Shown here: in pieces, positions 61,254 to 64,000 of the stretch
Layout of the letters: each line of letters begins with the position of its first letter
Numbering within the stretch: the first letter of the stretch is position 1
Source of the DNA: Cyanobacteriota bacterium
GTDB taxonomy: Bacteria; Cyanobacteriota; Cyanobacteriia; Thermostichales; Thermostichaceae
Reading direction: 5' to 3'
NCBI GenBank assembly: GCA_033764955.1
Contig: JANRIL010000040.1
Coordinates: 64,001 to 128,000, forward strand
DNA: 64,000 nucleotides
Translations under genes and position numbers: made by a program
Notes under the pieces: model-generated
The model's input: the letters and a program-made list of their open reading frames with translations, nothing else
The model's database searches: none
Told to the model about the DNA's origin: nothing

Positions 61254-61530
61254 GCTGGCAGAACTCCTGATAGGTACTCTTCCTTATATTATCATAGGCA
61301 TTTTGACGGTTGAGAAGGCAGGCTACCCGCCATCGACAGCCGAGAACCCCTGTTCAACCCAAGCTCTCTAGCCTACGGCAGGGTAGGGTGACTGAGGCAG
61401 CAAACCGGAAATTAAAAAAATGCAGAATAAAAACTTAACCGTATCTCTGCTCTGTCTCGGTTTTATCTGTGGTGTTTAGGGCTGAGGGTGGTTACCCTAG
61501 CAGGGTTGAGAAGGAATCCGCAAGGATAGG

Positions 61531-62187
61531 GTGATGTCTATTTATTTTCATGAACAGCTTTATCGTTCGATGACTGTGATGAGCCGTCTACGACAGCAAC
61601 CGGTGGTGATTGGGGGGGCAGGGTCACTGGGATCCAACATCGCCGAGAACCTAGCCCGCTCCGGCTGGGGGCAACTGACCGTTATTGATCGGGATCGCAT
61701 TGAACAGCGCAACCTCTCGACCCAACCCTATTACCAATCTGATGTCGGAGCTTTCAAGGCAAAAATTCTTGCGAACAGCCTCTACCGAGCGATAGGGATC
61801 CCGATTGCTACCGATACCCGTGAGCTAACTGCCGATAACACCCCTCAACTATTGGGGAATCAGGCTTGGCTGATCGATACGTTTGACAATAGTGTGGCTC
61901 GACGAGCCGTAGCGGAGCACTGTCGGCGGACGGGACAGCCCTGTCTACATGTGGGATTGGCGGCGGATTATGCGGAGGTGATTTGGGATCCCCTGTATCG
62001 GGTTCCTTCCGAGGCTCAGGACGATATCTGCGACTATCCTTTGGCGCGCAACCTGGTTTTGCTGGCGGTGGCGGTGGCCTGCGAGTCCTTGACCCATTTT
62101 TTGATGACTAATGAGGCGAGCAGCTATACCATCACCCTGCGGGACTTATCGGTTCACCCCCTAGAAGCTGGATCCTCTGTGGACTAG
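61531..62187 (+). CDS. ThiF family adenylyltransferase
   Basis: GAGSLG, IDRDRIE.RNL.TQ, DTFDN..AR and DICDYPLARN. Confidence 0.85.
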   Translation: MMSIYFHEQLYRSMTVMSRLRQQPVVIGGAGSLGSNIAENLARSGWGQLTVIDRDRIEQRNLSTQPYYQSDVGAFKAKILANSLYRAIGIPIATDTRELTADNTPQLLGNQAWLIDTFDNSVARRAVAEHCRRTGQPCLHVGLAADYAEVIWDPLYRVPSEAQDDICDYPLARNLVLLAVAVACESLTHFLMTNEASSYTITLRDLSVHPLEAGSSVD

Positions 62188-62587
62188 CCATGGTCGGTGT
62201 CTTGGCAACTGGATTTTTGCTCCAAGATTAGGATCCATAGTTCAGCCACTTACCCCAAAATTCGATAGGATTAACGTAGATTTTTCTTAACTCTCTCTTA
62301 GCCTGAAGCTGTTGAGGAGAGCCTCCCAAGGGTGGCTGAGGAGTCAAGTCAGTCCACTCCGCCTACCCCCTGTAGTCTGCCCTAAAGGCTTCAAACACTT
62401 AGGCTTGCCTGGCTAGAGCCTGTATATCCGGATACCTCAGCACCAGTTATCTGACTGTATATATCACTACTTTTAATCAGAGAAAGGAAATGTTAAGGTT
62501 TGGATAGATTTTTGAGACGAGTGACACAGGAAATCGGCGAAAAACTTCAAAAGCAGTTGAAATTGTAGCTGGAGCGGTTGGAACACA

Positions 62588-63169
62588 ATGGTACATGCCT
62601 CTAAGACTGTGTTAGTAGCTCAGCAACTATCTGAGCAGGCTAATCTCTGGAAGGACGTTCTGGAATCTCAGTCTTGCCAGGTGATTTTTAATCCTCCTCA
62701 GCCCGACCTTTTGAACGTTGCGGCTGCCTACAACTTAGACCTGATGATCGTAGATATGACCACTGGGCTATTCAATCCCTATGCCCTTTGTCGAGAAAGC
62801 CGTACTCGCTTTCCTCAGGTGCCGATCGTCCTCACCCATCAGGTGCAGCGGCAGATTGAGCCAGCCGAGCAGCGTTGGGCTATCTATCAGGGGGCAGCGG
62901 AAGTCGTACCTGGACTTTCGGATGCTGCCGATATTCTTGAGGCATTGGGGCGAGTGTTTCGCGCCATAGGCTGGCCTGCGGTTGATAGTGAAAAACTTTA
63001 CGCCAAGCTGGAGAAAATTGGATTATGGCCTCGCCCTCAAGATTGGGTAAAAGAAATCCCTCCTCCTGTCAAGGCTGACCCCCCTCCTCCCCCTAAATCA
63101 AATCCCGTGTTGGTCAGCGATCAGGCTAAATATCAAGTCCTCTACCGAGGTCGTCCTGTTAAGTCCTGA
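62588..63169 (+). CDS. Receiver-like domain protein with C-terminal YRG motif
   Basis: DLMIVDM, NPYALCR and QRWAIYQGA atypical receiver; Pro linker; YRGRPV tail. Confidence 0.7.
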   Translation: MVHASKTVLVAQQLSEQANLWKDVLESQSCQVIFNPPQPDLLNVAAAYNLDLMIVDMTTGLFNPYALCRESRTRFPQVPIVLTHQVQRQIEPAEQRWAIYQGAAEVVPGLSDAADILEALGRVFRAIGWPAVDSEKLYAKLEKIGLWPRPQDWVKEIPPPVKADPPPPPKSNPVLVSDQAKYQVLYRGRPVKS

Positions 63170-63280
63170 CGATTCTCAAGCGCAACTAGGGGAAAGTGGC
63201 AGGGGATCCCTAGCGTGAGCTAGCTTGAATATCCCCTACTGAATAGGGGCAGATTCCATACGTTTCTTGGTCACAACGGC

Positions 63281-64000
63281 ATGAATCCCCCTGATCCCAA
63301 CGCCCTCAGCGTTACGTTTTTGGGCACAAGCTCTGGGGTTCCCACTCGCCAGCGTAACGTTTCTGCTTTGGCTCTTCAGCTACCTCAACGGGCGGAAACT
63401 TGGCTTTTAGACTGTGGGGAAGCCACCCAGCACCAAATCCTCCGCCATCCTGATCTGAATGCCAGCCAGATTCGTCGTATTTTTATCACCCACATGCACG
63501 GGGATCACATCTACGGCCTGCCGGGATTGTTAGCCACCTGTGGCATGAGTGGCCGACCGGAGGCCATGGATATTTATGGTCCACCCGGTTTAGAGGACTA
63601 TCTCAAAGGGGTCATCCGCTACAGTGATACCCATCTCCACTACCCCATCCAGGTGCATACGGTGGAAACGGGCTTGATCTTGCAGGAGGCGGAATATTCG
63701 GTTTACTGTGCTCCGTTGGATCATCGCGTCGTCGCTTTTGGCTATCGGATTGTTGAGCATGACCGCACCGGATCCTTTGATGTGGCCAAGGCGGAGGCGC
63801 ATGGCATCCCATTTGGTCCTCTCTACGGACGCTTGAAGGCGGGCGAACAGGTGACGCTGCCAGATGGTCGCATCCTGGATGGGCGAGATTATGTCGGATC
63901 CCCCCAGATCGGGCGAAAACTAGCCTATTGCACCGACACCACCTATTGCCGAAATGCGGTGGATCTGGCGCGAGCTGCCGACCTGCTGATTCACGAAGCC
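63281..64000 (+). CDS. rnz: Ribonuclease Z (runs off the window end)
   Basis: Manual translation: VTFLGTSSGVPTRQRNVS, DCGEATQHQ, THMHGDHIYGLPG, YCTDT and LIHEA; absent from the ORF track because there is no stop. Confidence 0.93.
   Translation, partial: MNPPDPNALSVTFLGTSSGVPTRQRNVSALALQLPQRAETWLLDCGEATQHQILRHPDLNASQIRRIFITHMHGDHIYGLPGLLATCGMSGRPEAMDIYGPPGLEDYLKGVIRYSDTHLHYPIQVHTVETGLILQEAEYSVYCAPLDHRVVAFGYRIVEHDRTGSFDVAKAEAHGIPFGPLYGRLKAGEQVTLPDGRILDGRDYVGSPQIGRKLAYCTDTTYCRNAVDLARAADLLIHEA

Overview
Cyanobacterial chromosomal window. Markers include chlG, the ndhF3-ndhD3-cupA CO2-uptake genes, ocp and psrp-3. The octamer GGGATCCC is highly iterated instead of canonical HIP1 (GCGATCGC), which suggests a Thermostichus/Synechococcus OS-A/B'-like lineage (inference). 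Most of the window is housekeeping: purSQ, groEL with CIRCE, rpsD, cobW, sppA, alr, gloA, frameshifted prfB, NAD kinase, trxA and rnz. The standout is 30.3-38.5 kb, which has the architecture of a polymorphic toxin locus on an unusual carrier. A predicted lipoprotein (dockerin-like repeats, Ig-like domains, no RHS/YD, CdiA, LXG, PAAR or VgrG signature that I can see) ends in an AT-rich variable tip and is followed by a coupled candidate immunity gene. Next comes an orphan cassette with a ~327-bp, ~95% identical copy of the carrier's pre-tip segment fused to a different SHH/HNH-type tip, then two tandem-duplicated candidate immunity genes. Last is a lipoprotein with a von Willebrand D domain that may be the displaced ancestral C-terminal half of the carrier. 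Other accessory items are a second orphan toxin/immunity-like pair after purQ, a decayed MNT-HEPN module and a solo tnpB element inactivated by one nonsense codon. All functional calls come from motif recognition only; no searches were run.
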